Positions 46,801 through 60,796 of a stretch of 64,000 bases of DNA are shown here, piece after piece; the stretch's first letter is position 1; the number at the start of each line of letters is the position of its first letter. The stretch comes from Macrostomum lignano. Lineage: Eukaryota. The notes under the pieces are model-generated. The model had not been told where the DNA came from. It saw nothing but the letters and a program-made list of their open reading frames with translations, and did not search any database. The DNA lies in NCBI GenBank assembly GCA_002269645.1, contig NIVC01000382.1:124001-188000 (forward strand), written 5' to 3'. A program made the translations under genes and the position numbers.

Positions 46801-47530
46801 CACATCACGTTCTCGATGTCACATCACCAGTCGACCAGATCACATCACCAGTCACCATGGTCACATCACCAGTCAACATGGTCACAACACCAGTCAACCA
46901 GGTCACATCACTAGTCAACATGGTCACAACACCAGTCGACCAGATCACATCACCAGTCGCGTTGGTCACATCACCAGTCGCGTTGGTCACATCACCACGC
47001 AATCAGAGTCACATCACCAGTCACCATGGTCACATCACCAGTCAATCAGGTCACATCACCAGCCAAACAGGCCACAACACCAGTCAAGTATGTCACACCA
47101 GCAGTCACTTTGATCACATCACCAATCTTCATGGTCACAACACCAGTCAATCGGGTAACATCACCATTCAATCGGAGTCACAACACCAGTCAACCAGGTC
47201 ACATCGCCAGTCAACACGATCACATCACCAGTCACCATGGTCACATCACCAGTCAACACGGTCACATCGCGTCAACACGGTCACATCACCAGTCACCATG
47301 GTCACATCACCAGTCAACACGGTCACATCGCCAGTCAATCAGGTCACATCACCAGTCAATCAGGTCACAACACCAGTCAAGTATGTCACACCAGCAGTCA
47401 CTTTGATCACAACACCAGTCAATCGGGTAACATCACCACTCAATCGGAGTCACATCACCTGTCGCCAAGGTCACATCACCAGTCAACGGGGTCACATCAC
47501 CAGAATCAATCGGGGTCATATCATCAGTCA
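46801..47530. repeat. 21-bp minisatellite GTCACATCACCAGTCAAC(A/C)NG
   Basis: Tandem array with internal block duplications. Confidence 0.9.
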
Positions 47531-48291
47531 ACACTGCTGCTACTGACACTGTTGCTTAAGTTGTGATTTAATAAACAAAATATCTATGGTAGAACAATGT
47601 GTTATAGTTTATCAGTCCAAAAGTACGAGTATATGGGATTAGATGCCAAACAGTATTGCTGAAGCATATAGGATTAGCCGTCAAATGCTAGTCTTAACGC
47701 ACAACAATTGGGCTAGGGATCAACAAATTAATAATAGTCTCACGCCGCTATACAGTATATAGATAAAATACAGAAGTTACGCAGACTTCTAAAGACTCCG
47801 CGGATGACAATTAATAAGTAAACTAAATTAATTAAATAAAAAAGCCGAATTAAAGCACCCAAGCTTAAATCAGGGAGTGTTGAAATACTGCTGTTTGAGT
47901 TTCGGTTTAACATGATATGTTTAGTAGTATGTTATTATTCTTTTGGATTCTTTTGGTAGCATGGATTCTTTATAATTGTTAATATAAACAGGCATATACT
48001 CACTTGTTCAATTGGTCAAGTTGCCGCCAGTTAGCTATCCATGATTATTAGATGTTGGATTAGTTGTAACGCTTATAATAAATGGTCGATCTGTTGGCTG
48101 TGGCTGGAATTCGAATTTATCTAAAGGTTAATTAATAATACATTAAATTTCTTTTGTGTCTGTCTGACACATTTAATCTATTGAGGCACAGAGTGATAGA
48201 GAGAGGGTTGGCAAAATACAACGTGGTGGTGGTGGTAGCCTAGCCCATCTATATAGTATGGAATTGGAAGAGAGAGCGCCGCGTTTGTACA

Positions 48292-48293
48292 CG

Positions 48294-48337
<44 letters not shown>

Positions 48338-48338
48338 G
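48292..48338. repeat. (GGAC)(AGAC)n microsatellite
   Basis: Direct reading. Confidence 0.9.
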
Positions 48339-48905
48339 TGGATAACCGACCGCACATCGTCGTCTTGTGCGTACAACGGACCGTTGTGCGTTCAACATTT
48401 GATATCAAATTGGTTTGCTAGCTAGTTAGACGGGCTAAAAGATCACGTGCGTGGAAGTTTAGGGGTTTCGATCGATCAATGAAAGTAGTGTTGGGCGGTG
48501 GGGCCAGGCTGGCGAGAGGATGGGGGTGGGGGGCTGGGGCTTTTGGGGACAGAATGGTGAGCGGTGGAGGGGGGTAAGCGACTGCGGAGTTGAGGTTTGG
48601 TGGGTGGTTTGAAAGTACAAGGGAAAGAAAAAGACTGATGAATTTAATTAGGCGTTGGATTTGAAAGTTAAAATGGAAATAGAATGAAGAAATTTTGTGA
48701 ACGCGCCAATTGAATGAATCCAATACGCGTCAATCAATCAATCAAGTATAAATCAACACGGCGCAGACTATATTCCAGTTCAATCACACGTTCAATCACA
48801 TTTTATCATAATCCAGGATTCCAGAAACAATCAAACGAAGCGGACAGACTGGGCGAATGCGCGAAATGATCAAAACTCGCAAGCAAGAGAATATAGCTAA
48901 CTAAC

Positions 48906-51900
48906 TTACTCGTAGCTCTTCCGGCCTGGGTCTATCACAAATCTACTCGGCTCCCGTCTATCTCTAACTGGTCTAGTTTCGACTGCTGGCTGCTCATTAT
49001 TATTTTGCACTGGTAGATTATCTTCTTGTACTGGCATAACTTGCACTGGCATAACCTGCACTGGTACTGGAACATTATTCTGATTCTGCACTGGCACAAA
49101 CTGCACTTCTTCTTCTTGCTCACTCTCACTGTCGGCTGCGTCGTACATCGGATTAAGCGGTACATTTTCTCGAAGTTTCGGTCGCCTGGCACAACTGCTT
49201 TCTGGCTTTTCTTCTTCACTGACGTAATCGGCTGTTGGTACTGGTAGTAAATTATCCCTATGCATGACTAATTCCTCTTTTCTAGCCCTAGTATTTTTGT
49301 TTAATAGTCTAATCCTGTAAACTACTTCTGATAACTGTTCTATGACCTCGTAGACTGCACTTCTCTTCCTGTGGAACTTGTTGGCTTCTGTCTGTGTGAT
49401 GACTGGGTTTTTGATGAAAACTAAGCTCCCTATAGGTAAGTATGGTTGTTTTGGTTTGTTAGAATAGTGTTGCTCACGCTTACGTTGTATTAATTTGAGC
49501 CGCTGTTTGGTGAGGTCTTGCCCCTCTTGCAGGTGAGTCAAGTGCTCTTGAACATAAGCAGGCAGATCGGCGAACGCCTTTGGCTGCTGGAACACGTTGT
49601 CACACGGCATCCGGGCCTCTCTTCCAAACACAAGATAATGCGGGCTGAAACCTGTGGCTGTATGCGTGCTGGTGCGCAATGCAGTTATACAACCGGGCAA
49701 TAGAACATCCCAGTTCGCATGTTCTTTCTCGAGCAAACAGGTAAGAATTGACTTAATTTGTTTGTTTAAATTCTCTACTAGCCCATTGCTTTGTGGATGA
49801 TAGCTTGTTGTTCTAGTATGCCTAATCCCATAGAGGTCTGGAAATTTCCTAAATGCTCTCCCTGTAAATTGTGTTCCCTGATCTGTGTGAATCCACTGAG
49901 GTATTCCAAAGTCGGCGAAAACTCGCTCCTGCAGAATTTTAATTACTGTCTTAGCCTTCTAAATTTTAATTGCAAACGCAAATGGAAATTTGCTAGTGCT
50001 GTCAATAACTGACAAGACATATTTGTTACCAGATTTGCTAGTCTGACTGATCGGACCTATCAAATCAATTTGAAGGCGTGAGAATGGCTCGACAATAGGA
50101 AAATTCTGCACTGGTGCCTTGCATCGCTTCCTTGACTTACTCTCTAAACAGGACTTGCACTTGGCGACGTACTTTTCGACTGCTGTAGCTGATCCTACTC
50201 TCCAAAATCTTTCCTTAACTCGCTGATAATCTTATCTCTTCCTAGATGACCTGCTAACGGTGAATCGTGGAATTCGTGAAAAACTTCACTATCCAAAGAC
50301 TTAGGCAACACCACTTTAGATTCGGTCCGCCCTAAATTTAATTTTATTCGGAGAACACCGTCCTCTATCCTGAAGAGTTCAAAGTAACCTAGCAGATTTC
50401 TAATCTCGTGAGACAACTCTAGTCTTTCTTGAAAGTTCGGTTTCGGCAAGTCAGATTCAATCAGATTCCTGACATAGCTTAGTGCGGGGTCGGCTAGCTG
50501 AGCTGCGACCAAATTTTCGCGACGCACTGGGCTACGAAGGTAATCACTCAGCAGTGCATTGCAAACAAGCGGGTACCTTTCCTTAGGCTCCTGTTCCTGC
50601 TTTTTGCTTAGCAACCTGCTACTAAAACTCGGAGTATTGTGTCGGTTCGGCGCCATATTCTGCGGCGAACAGCATGACGTAACTCCACTGTGCAGACTAC
50701 AGGTTTCGGCTTGCGCGGAATTGCCTGAGCTCACAGTAACGGCTGATGCTGGGTCTGTGTTCACAGTTGCCCTACAGCTAAGTGACCTGGCATATGGGGA
50801 TGACTCATCCTGTTGAGGATCCGGGATCCTGGATAGAGCATCAGCATTCACATGCTTAGGGCCACTTCTATGCTCAATCTCAAAATCAAATTCACTAAGT
50901 CTCTCGATCCAACGACCTAAAATGCCTGTCTGTTCGGTTTGGCGAAGCAACCAGGTTAGGGCATTGTGATCAGTGCGCACCTTAAAACGTTTCCCTACGA
51001 GATAAAACCTGAAGTACTTCAGCGAGTCAACAATCGCTAGAAGCTCCTTTCTCGTAATCGGATATCTACTTTCTGACTGCCTCATTTTTCGGCTATAATA
51101 CGCGATCGGTCTCTCAACTCCGTCGCTCTGTACTTGATTTAAGACCGCCCCAATTCTGACATCTGATGCATCAATGTCTAACACAAAGTAAACTTGGGGG
51201 TCTGTATTAAACTCTGAGTAAGCAAGCACTTCTTCGGAACACATCCGTTCCTTCAACAGCTCGAAGCATTCATCATGAATCCTGGTCCATTTGTCCTGGA
51301 TGCACTTGATGTTCTTCTTCGTTAGCTCACAGAGTGGTGCTGCTACCTCGGCAAAATCTCTAACGAATTTTCGATAATAATTACAGAGTCCGAGAAAACT
51401 TCGAAGCTCTGTCACAGATTTAGGTTTCGGCCAGTTCCTAATCGTTTCTTACCTTGAAGCATCTCTTTTAATTCCTGTTTTGCCTATGACGTGTCCTAGA
51501 TATTGCAGTTCTGATTTGAAAAGGTGACATTTCTTCGCTTTCAGTTTCATATTAGCTTGGATTAGTCTTTTGAGCACTTCTTTCAGGTGTTCTAAGTGAG
51601 ATTCAAAGTCTGTACTATAAACTATTACATCGTCTAAGTAAGCTATGGCGAACTTTTGTGCAATGTCCTTAAGAACTAAGTTCATGCACCTTTGAAAAGT
51701 TCCTGGAGCTCCTTGCAATCCCATTGACAAAACTTCGTACTCAATACCCTGAGAATAGATCTAACGTAGAGAATTGACTGGCTCCATGAGGACATGAGAA
51801 TGTTTCATTAATATTAGTTATTGGATACGGAAAGTACTCCGATATGTTGTTTAGTGCTCGATAGTCGTTAACTAGTCTCAGCGAACCATCCTTCTTAGGT

Positions 51901-52975
51901 ACTATGACTAATGGGGTCGAGTACTGCGAGTAACTAGGCCTAATGATGCCTCTAGCCAACATGAGATCTAACTGCTCATTTACCTCCTTGATCCAATGAG
52001 GTGGAATTTTCCTAGCTGGTATCTGAACTGGGTTGTTATCCTTCAAGATAATTTCATATGTGACTAAATGCGTTCTGCCTAAGTCTAACTCGTGCTGCAA
52101 GAAAGCTGCTGAATGTTCCTTGACGACCTCGATCACCTTCTGTCTCTGCTCCTGTGTCAGTTCATTTTCTATGTTGATTTCACTAATCCAGACTTCTGAC
52201 TTCTCTTGCACTTGTCTGATGTTTTCGCACAACTGCGTGTTCCTATTCTGGCATGACTGCTCTTTCTCTGGTTGATCTTTAAGATAGCTTAATTCGCTAG
52301 CTAACAGTGGCTTAGCCATTCCTACTAGTGCTGATGCGGGCACTCTAGCTTACTGTGAACTGGTGTTAATCACTTCTAGGTAAGCTTCCCCTTGTCTCAA
52401 AGTTACTAAACTTGGCACTAAAGTTACTTTCTCTGTTCTAGTCTTTAATCCTGATCTGAGTGGCTCAACAACTGACGGCACTCCGAAATTGGACTCACTA
52501 CCTGTGGCTAATCTAACTTTGACTAATCCTGAAGTATTAGCTGGAACTGTCGTCTTTTCTGCAACATAGATTCTCTTAACCTGAGGCTTAGCTCTGGTAG
52601 AACGAAGTGGAATCCTAGTTCCCTGCTTCATAGTTAGCATTCCTGCCTCAAAGTCGATAGCATTGCAATATTGTTGGACAAACGTCACGCCTACTACATT
52701 GTCTACTTCTGCGTCACATAAGAGAAACTCTATTTCTTCTTCAAAATCACCGAATGTTGCCTTAATAACTACGGAACCTTTAATTGGAATCAGCTCTTCC
52801 GTGAATGACACGATTCTATTGTTCCACTGCTTAATTGAGTGACTATTCATGCCAGTGAACAAATGTTTCCAAGTTTCACGTCCTAGAATGTTCCTATTGC
52901 TTCCAGTGTCTAATAGATAAACCACCTCCTTATTTAGAATGCTGCCAGTAATATACGGATCGTAATTTTGTTTTT
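48906..52975 (-). pseudogene. pol: Decayed Ty3/Gypsy pol (PR-RT-RH-IN), no gag or LTRs seen
   Basis: YLLDTGS; RT with a deletion between DLFSGY and YEVLSMGL; YLDDVIVY; DIDASD; integrase IDLIGP, HPQSNGLVE. Several frameshifts and stops. Confidence 0.92.
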
Positions 52976-53069
52976 TAGTGTGTTCGCTTAAATTTTGTGT
53001 TGTATTATACTTAACAACTTTAAAACTCCTTCACAAGTGGGTGATGGACCGGTACTTTTTAGTGCCTGT

Positions 53070-54058
53070 TTATCGGGTTCTTGGTTTTTTATCCTGTGTC
53101 TTAATTATTCTATTTATATCCTCAAGAATTACATCTGGTATGTGTATAATTGCATCGCACTTTAAATGTTTGTATTCCTTAATTTCACCATCGACATAAT
53201 AGAAACCTGGTGGAGCAAATACTAAAGCCAGAATATCAAAACCCACACTTTGTTGAATCGTTACTTTTAATCTATCTACCTTGTTAAAGTAAAAGTGATG
53301 ACCCTTGTTTGTCTGAACAATCCAACCACAATGAGTCATACACAGTTCATTAAACTCAGGGCATAGGTCAGCATTATCAATATCGATTACGGTTATATTT
53401 GAGTTTTTCTTATCTATCCAAATCATGTTATCTACCTCTGGTCGAAGTGGTGGATTGGTTGAATTCCTATCTTCTGTGGTTGGCATTCTTGACGGTATTT
53501 TTTCTTTGTTCTACTACTCCATGCTATACTGCAACTTCCGAATATAAAATTGCGTTCTCCATAGAGATTAATTAGTTTATCGTGCGATTTTGTTTGTTTT
53601 AAATTTGTCAATCTTGGCGGTGGTGCATCATGGTTTTGAAACGGATCCTGTACGATCACAGGAGAGACACTTGAATCGTTTTGATTTTTTCTTTCTATTT
53701 TATTACGAAATAATTTAATAGTGTAATTTATCGGTTTCAATGTATTTCTCAAGGGTTATGGGGAGTTTGAAAATGTTCAATTTCAGCATGACGAAAAATT
53801 CATCATTCCTTATTTGCTGTCTCGAAATCAATGCCCATTTATCAACATGTGCAAGATATACTCTAAATGAATACAAATATGGGGGCATTTACAATCGGTG
53901 TGTTTTAATATTTCTGCTTTATATTCATCGTAAGCTTTATCAATTTCTTGAATTAGTCGAGCCTTTCGAGTGGGTGTTTTTATTTGAGAGAGATTTATAA
54001 TAGAATCATAATATTTTTGTGGCAGTGTATTTTGAACATTTGGGTTATTAGCTTTCAT
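53070..54058 (-). pseudogene. AT-rich virus-like fragment with a frameshifted Prim-Pol (bifunctional primase/polymerase, AEP) domain and an upstream hypothetical ORF
   Basis: ITVIDIDN...VQTNKGHHFYF...GFDIL..VFAPP fits the DxD / H / D motif order of Prim-Pol. The N-terminus (IFGSCSIAWSSRTKKK) is in another frame. Confidence 0.7.
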
Positions 54059-54480
54059 TTTTCTAGGAAAATTTTTGCCATCTAGTTTTCATTTTTTTAT
54101 TCACAAACTATTTTTTAAATTGTTTGAAACTTGCATGACCTCTTTGCTTATATTAGGACTCAGAGTGGTTCTTTGGCAGAGTAGGCAATTTAGTAAAAGA
54201 TAAATTTAAATCTTTCTGAAAAAATAAATTGCCTACTGAGCCTAGCAAAGATGTAAAGCCTTCTCCTTGTGCGGAATCATTTTCATATCTATACCCAAGT
54301 CTGTCATTGTATTTTTGTTATATTCATTTTCAGCTTCTACTAGCAATCTTCGCCCCCCGTTGGGGGGACATCTGTATAGAATCTATATTCTCTACAAGTA
54401 ACAGAAAGATAGCCAAATAAAGCCTTCACGAAGAAAACAGACAAAATACTCAAATGAAGTGCAATGCGAAAAGAAATCAT

Positions 54481-54650
54481 CCCAAGACAGCAAGCATCCC
54501 CCAGATAGCAAGCATCCCCCAGATAGCAAGCATCCCCAAAATAGCAAGCATCCCCCAGATAGCAAGCATCCCCTAGATAGCAAGCATCCTCCAGATAGCA
54601 AGCATCCCCCAGATAGATAGCATTCCCAAATAGCAAGCATCCACCAGACA
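54481..54650. repeat. ~18-bp satellite CCCCAGATAGCAAGCA(T)C, about 9 copies
   Basis: Direct reading. Confidence 0.9.
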
Positions 54651-54729
54651 ATAAGTAGCTAGTGCGACAATTTCCTTAGCATTATAGTGGCTCCTTTAAA
54701 ATTCGCTTACTTTTACGTTTGAAACTGTG

Positions 54730-57700
54730 TATCTTTTATGTTTGACATGGTGGCTCTTTTATGTTTGACATGGTGGCTCTTTTATGATGACATGGTGGCT
54801 TTTTTATGTTCTACATGGTAACTCTTTTATGTTTGATACGGTGGCTTTTCAATGTCTGACATGGTGGCTCTTAAATGTTTGACATGATGGCTCTTTTATG
54901 TTTGACATGGTGGCTCTTTAATGTTTGAAATGGTGGTTCTTTAATGTTCGAAATAGTGGCTCTTTAATGTTCGAAATGGTGGCTCTTTAATGTTTTACAT
55001 GGTGGCTCTTTTATGATCGACATGGTGGCTCTTTTATGTTCGAAATAATGGCTCTTTATTGTTTGACATGGTGGCTCTTTAATGTTCGAAATGGTGGCTC
55101 TTTAATGTTTGACATGGTGGCTGTTTATTGTTCGACATGGTGGCTCTTAAATATTTGACATGGTGGCTTTTTAATTTTTCACATGGTAACTCTTTAATGT
55201 AAGACATGGTGGCTCTTTAATGTTTGACATAATGGCTCTTTAATGTTTGACAATGTGGCTCTTTAATGTTTTACATGGTGGCTCTTTTATGATCGACATG
55301 GTGGCTCTTTTATGTTCGACATGGTGGCTCTTTAATGTTCGAAATGGTGGCTCTTTAATGTTTGACATAAAGTCACATATATGTTTGACATGGTGGCTCT
55401 TGAATGTTTAACATAGTGGCTCTTTTATGTTCGACATGGTGGCGCTTCTATGTTTGACATGGTGGCTCTTTATTGTTTGACATGGTGGCTCTTTAATGTT
55501 CGAAATGGTGGCTCTTTAATGTTTGACATGCTGGCTCTTTATTGTTCGACATGGTGGCTCTTTAATGTTCAAAATGGTGGCTCTTTTATGTTTGACATGG
55601 TTGCTCTTTAATGTTCGACATGGTGGCTCTATAATGTTAGACATGGTGGCTTTTTAATGTTCGACATGGTGCCTCTTTAATGTTCGACATGGTGGTCCTT
55701 TTATGTTTGACATGGTGGCTCTTTAATGTTTAACATTGAGTCACGTATATGTTTGACATGTTGGCTCTTTAATGTTCGACATGGTGGCTCTTTAATGTTC
55801 AAAATGGTGGCTCTTTTATGTTTGACATGGTTGCTCTTTAATGTTCGACATGGTGGCTCTTTTATGTTTGACATAGTGGCTCTTAAATGTTTGACATGGT
55901 GGCTCTTTAATGTTCGAAATGGTGGCTCTTTAATGTTTGACATGGTGGCTCTTTTATGTTTGACATAGTGGCTCTTAAATGTTTGACATGGTGGCTCTTT
56001 AATGTTCGAAATGGTGGCTCTTTAATGTTTGACATGGTGGCTCTTTATTGTTCGACATGGTGGCTCTTTAATGTTCAAAATGGTGGCTCTTTTATGTTTG
56101 ACATGGTTGCTCTTTAATGTTCGACATGGTGGCTCTATAATGTTAGACATGGTGGCTTTTTAATGTTCGACATGGTGCCTCTTTAATGTTCGACATGGTG
56201 GTCCTTTTATGTTTGACATGGTGGCTCTTTAATGTTTGACATTGAGTCACGTATATGTTTGACATGTTGGCTCTTTAATGTTCGACATGGTGGCTCTTTA
56301 ATGTTAGACATGGTGGTTCTTTAATGTTCGACATGGTGGCTCTTAAATATTTGACATGGTGGCTTTTTAATGTTTGACATGGTGGCTCTTTTATGTTGGA
56401 CATTGTGGTTCTTTTATGTTCGACATGGTGGCTCTTTACTGTTTGACATGGAGTCACATATATGTTTGACATGGTGGCTCTTTTATATTTGACATAGTGG
56501 CTCTTTTATGTTCTTCATGGTGGCTCTTTTATGTTTGACATGGAGTCACGAATATACTTGACATGGTGACTCGATAATGTTAGACATGGTGGCTCTTTAA
56601 TGTTTGACCTGGTGGCAGCTTAACGTAATGATGGCTCTTTTATGTTTGACATGGTGGCTCTTTAATATTTGACATCGTGGCTCTTTAATGTTCGACATGG
56701 TGGCTCTTTAATGTTCGACATAGTGGTCCTTTTATGCTTGACATGGTGGCTCTTTAATATTTGACATGGTGGCTCTTTAATGTTCTACATGGTGGTTCTA
56801 TAATGTTTGGCATGATGGCTCTTTGATGTTTGATATGGAGTCACGAATATACTTGACATGGTGACTCGATAATGTTAGACATGGTGGCTCTTTAATGTTT
56901 GACCTGGTGGCAGCTTAACGTAATGATGGCTCTTTAATGTTTGACATGGTGGCTCTTTAATATTTGACATGGTGGCTCTTTAATGTTCGACATGGTGGCT
57001 CTTTAATGTTAGACATGGTCGCTCTTTAATGTTCGACATGGTGGTCCTTTTATGTTTGACATGGTGGCTCTTTAATGTTTGACATGGAGTCACATATATG
57101 TTTGACATGGTGGCTCTTTAATTTTTGACATGGTGGCTCTTTAATGTTCGACATGGTGCCTCTTTAATGTTTGACATGGTGATCGTTTTATGTTTGACAT
57201 GGTGGCTCTTTTATGTTTGACATGATTGCTCTTTAATGTTTGACATGAAGTCACATATATGTTGGACATGGTGGCTCTCTAATGTTTGACATGGTGGCTC
57301 TTTAATGTTAGACATGGTGGCTCTTTAATGTTAGACATGGTGGCTCTTTAATGTTCGACATAAAGTCACTTATATGTTCGACATGATGGCTCTTTTATGT
57401 TTGACATAGTGGCTCTTTAATGTTCGACATGGTGGCTCTTTTATGTTCGACATGGTGGCTCTTTAACGTTTGACATGGGGTCTCTTCAATGTTTGACATG
57501 GAGTCATGTATATGTTTGACATGGTGGCTCTTGTATTTTTAACATGTTGGCTCTTTAATGTTCGACATGGTGGCTCTTTAATGTCTAACATGGAGTCACG
57601 TATATGTTTGACATGGAGTCATGTATATGTCTGATATGGTAGCTCTTTAATATTTTACATGGAGTCACGTATATGTTTCACATGGTGGCTATTTTATGTT

Positions 57701-59260
57701 TGACTTGGTGGTTCTTAAATGTTCGACATGGTGGCTCTTTAATGTTTTAACATGGTGGCACTTTCATGTTTGACCTGGTGGCTCTTTAATGTTTTACATG
57801 GTGGCTCTTTAATATTTGACATGGTGGCCCTTTTATGTTCGACATGGTGGCTCTTCAATGTTTGACATGGAGTCATGTATATGTTTGACCTGGTGGCTCT
57901 TTAAAGTTTGACATGGTGGCTTTTTAATATTTGACATGGTGGCACTTTCATGTTTGACCTGGTGGGTCTTTAATGTTTGACATGGTACCTCTTTTATGTT
58001 CGACATAGTGGCTCTTTAATGTTTTACATGGTGGCTCTTTAATGTTTGACATGGTGACTCTTTTATGTTCTACATGGTGGCTCTTTTATGTTCGACATGG
58101 TGGCTCTTTAATGTTTGATAAGGTGGCTCTTTAATGTTCGACATGGTGGCTCTTTTAGGTTTGAAATGGTGGCTCTTTAATATTTGACAAGGTGTCTCTT
58201 TAATGTTTGAGATGGTGGCTCTTTAATTTTCGAAATGGTGGCTCTTTAATTTTCGAAATGGTGGCTGTTTTATGTTTGACATGGTGGCTCTTTAATGTTC
58301 GACATGGTGGCTCTTCAATGTTTGACATGGTGGCTCTTTAATTTTCGAAATGGTGGCTCTGTTTTATGTTTGACATGGTGGCTCTTTAATGTTCGACATA
58401 GTGGCTGTTTTATGTTTGACATGGTGGCTCTTTAATGTTGGACATGGTGGCTCTTTAATGTTTGACATGGTGGCTCTTTAATTTTCGAAATGTTGGCTGT
58501 TTTATGTTTGACATGGTGGCTCTTTAATGTTCGACATGGTGGCTCTTTAATGTTTGACATGGTAGTTCTTTTATGTTTGATATGGTGGCTCTTTTATGTT
58601 CGACATGGTGGCTCTTTTAGGTTTGAAATGGTGGCTCTTTAATGTTCGACATTGTGGCTCTTTAATGTTTGACATGGTGGCTTTTTAATGTTCGACATGG
58701 TGGCTCTTTTAGGTTTGAAATGGTGGCTCTTTAATGTTTGACATGGTGGCTTTTTAATGTTCGACATGGTGCCTCTTTAATGTTCGACATGGTGGCTCTT
58801 TAATGTTTGACATTGTGGCTCTTTAATGTTTGACATGGTGGCTTTTTAATGTTCGACATGGTGGCTCTTTAATGTTCGACATGGTGGCTCTTTTAGGTTT
58901 GAAATGGTGGCTCTTTGATGTTCGACATTGTGGCTCTTTAATGTTTGACATGGTGGCTCTTTAATGTTCGACATGGTGGCTCTTTAATGTTTGACATTGT
59001 GGCTCTTTAATGTTTGACATGGTGGCTTTTTAATGTTCGACATGGTGGCTCTTTAATGTTCGACATGGTGGCTCTTTTAGGTTTGAAATGGTGGCTCTTT
59101 AATGTTTGACATTGTGGCTCTTTAATGTTTGACATGGTAGCTTTTTAATGTTCGACATGGTGGCTCTTTTAGGTTTGAAATGGTGGCTCTTTAATGTTTG
59201 ACATGGTGGCTTTTTTAATGTTCGACATGGTGGCTCTTTAATGTTTGACATTGCGCTTCT
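54730..59260. repeat. 23-bp satellite ATGGTGGCTCTTTAATGTTTGAC, roughly 195 copies
   Basis: Direct reading; copy number is length/23. Confidence 0.97.
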
Positions 59261-59311
59261 TTTATGTTTAGCAGTTTTTGGTTTTTAAGGTGTTTTAAAA
59301 AAAATCATTTT

Positions 59312-59374
59312 GCGCTACCAAGATTCGAACCCAGGTCGCTACATTAGCAGTCCAGTCTGTTCGCATCTAGGCTA
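59312..59374 (-). ncRNA. tRNA-derived (Ser-GCT-like loop) Pol III/SINE-head-like cassette, not a functional tRNA
   Basis: TAGCCTAGATG (A-box-like), GGACTGCTAAT, GGGTTCGAATC (B box); no acceptor stem. Confidence 0.55.
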
Positions 59375-60004
59375 TCTTTTTTCAATTGGAGCACATGAAT
59401 TGTGGCCCTTATAATTCAATTCTTACAGCAAGTCAATTGGAGTAAAAAGTTATGACATAATCAATTTCTCAGTCAGCCAGAATCAGTCTCAATTCAAGTT
59501 AGCAATATGGTTACGCAATTTAAATCAAGTCGTGTGTGCATTTCTTCGGCACTGTTTTCAACTTGTTGTGATGCAATCTTTATCACAATCGGAATTCAGC
59601 CAGTCAGTTTTTTCTCTAGCATTCTTACAATGAATTTTAGGTCGAAAGAGCTGCTTGACCTTTGCAAAAAAGCAGGTTTTTCGAATATTTAATCCCTTTA
59701 ACATTGAGCAATTTTTTAGCCAAGATGCATGTACTGTCCCAGGAAAATTTCTGATCAAATGGTGCAAGTTTGAAGAAAATCGGTTGAGCCATTTTTTCTG
59801 AAATCTATCGCATACCTACCTACCTACCCACATACAGACAACTCATTTTTAGTATATAGGACTAGCAATCTTCGTCCCCCGATGGGGGACATCTAGATAG
59901 AATCTCTGTTCTCTACAAGTATCAATAAGATGGCCAAACAAAGCCTTCACATAGTCAATAGAAAAACTGCTCAGATGAAGTGCAATGCGAAAAGAAAACA
60001 TCCT

Positions 60005-60790
60005 AAGACAGCAAGCATACCCCCAGATAGCAGGCACCCCCCAGATAGCAAGCACCCCCCAGATAGCAAGCATCCCCCCAGATAGCAAGCACCCCCCAGA
60101 TAGCAGGCACCCCCCAGATAGCAAGCATCCCCCAGATAGCAAGCACCCCAGATAGCAAGAACCCCCAGATAGCAAGCACCCCCCAGATAGCAAGCATCCC
60201 CCCAGATAGCAAGCACCCCCCAGATAGCAGGCACCCCCCAGATAGCAAGCATCCCCCAGATAGCAAGCACCTCAGATAGCAAGCACCCCCAGATAGCAAG
60301 CACCCCAGATAGCAAGCGACCCCAGATAGCAAGCACCCCCCAGATAGCAAGCATCCCCCCAGATAGCAAGCACCCCCCAGATAGCAGGCACCCCCAGATA
60401 GCAAGCATCCCCCAGATAGCAAGCACCCCAGATAGCAAGCACCCCCAGATAGCAAGCGACCCCAGATAGCAAGCACCCCCAGATAGCAAGCACCCCAGAT
60501 AGCAAGCACCCCCAGATAGCAAGCAACCCCAGATAGCAGGCACCCCCAGATAGCAGGCACCCCCAGATAGCAAGCACCCCAGATAGCAAGCACCCCCAGA
60601 TAGCAAGCACCCCAGATAGCAAGCACCCCCAGATAGCAAGCACCACCAGATAGCTAGCACCCCCAGATAGCAGGCACCCCCAGATAGCAGGCACCCCCAG
60701 ATAGCAAGCACCTCCAGATAGCAAGCACCACCAGATAGCAAGCACCCCAGATAGCAGGCTCTCCCAGATAGCAAGCACCCCCAGATAGCA
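60005..60790. repeat. 17-19-bp satellite CCCCAGATAGCAAGCAC, roughly 45 copies
   Basis: Direct reading; C-run length varies between units. Confidence 0.95.
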
Positions 60791-60796
60791 GGCGAC

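Larger units (their letters stand above)
54340..59861 (-). mobile_element. Complete non-autonomous Helitron (element C1), 5522 bp, satellite-filled
   Basis: On the minus strand: head TCCTATATACTAAAAATGAG at 59861; 3' hairpin at 54352-54369; CTAG at 54343-54340 followed by T. Confidence 0.88.

Noticed and set aside
46857-47566. Ser/His/Thr-rich ORFs
   Set aside because: Overlapping open frames produced by a 21-bp tandem repeat.
59312-59374. Functional tRNA-Ser gene
   Set aside because: No acceptor stem, mismatched anticodon stem, no long variable arm, and the second copy has a changed loop.
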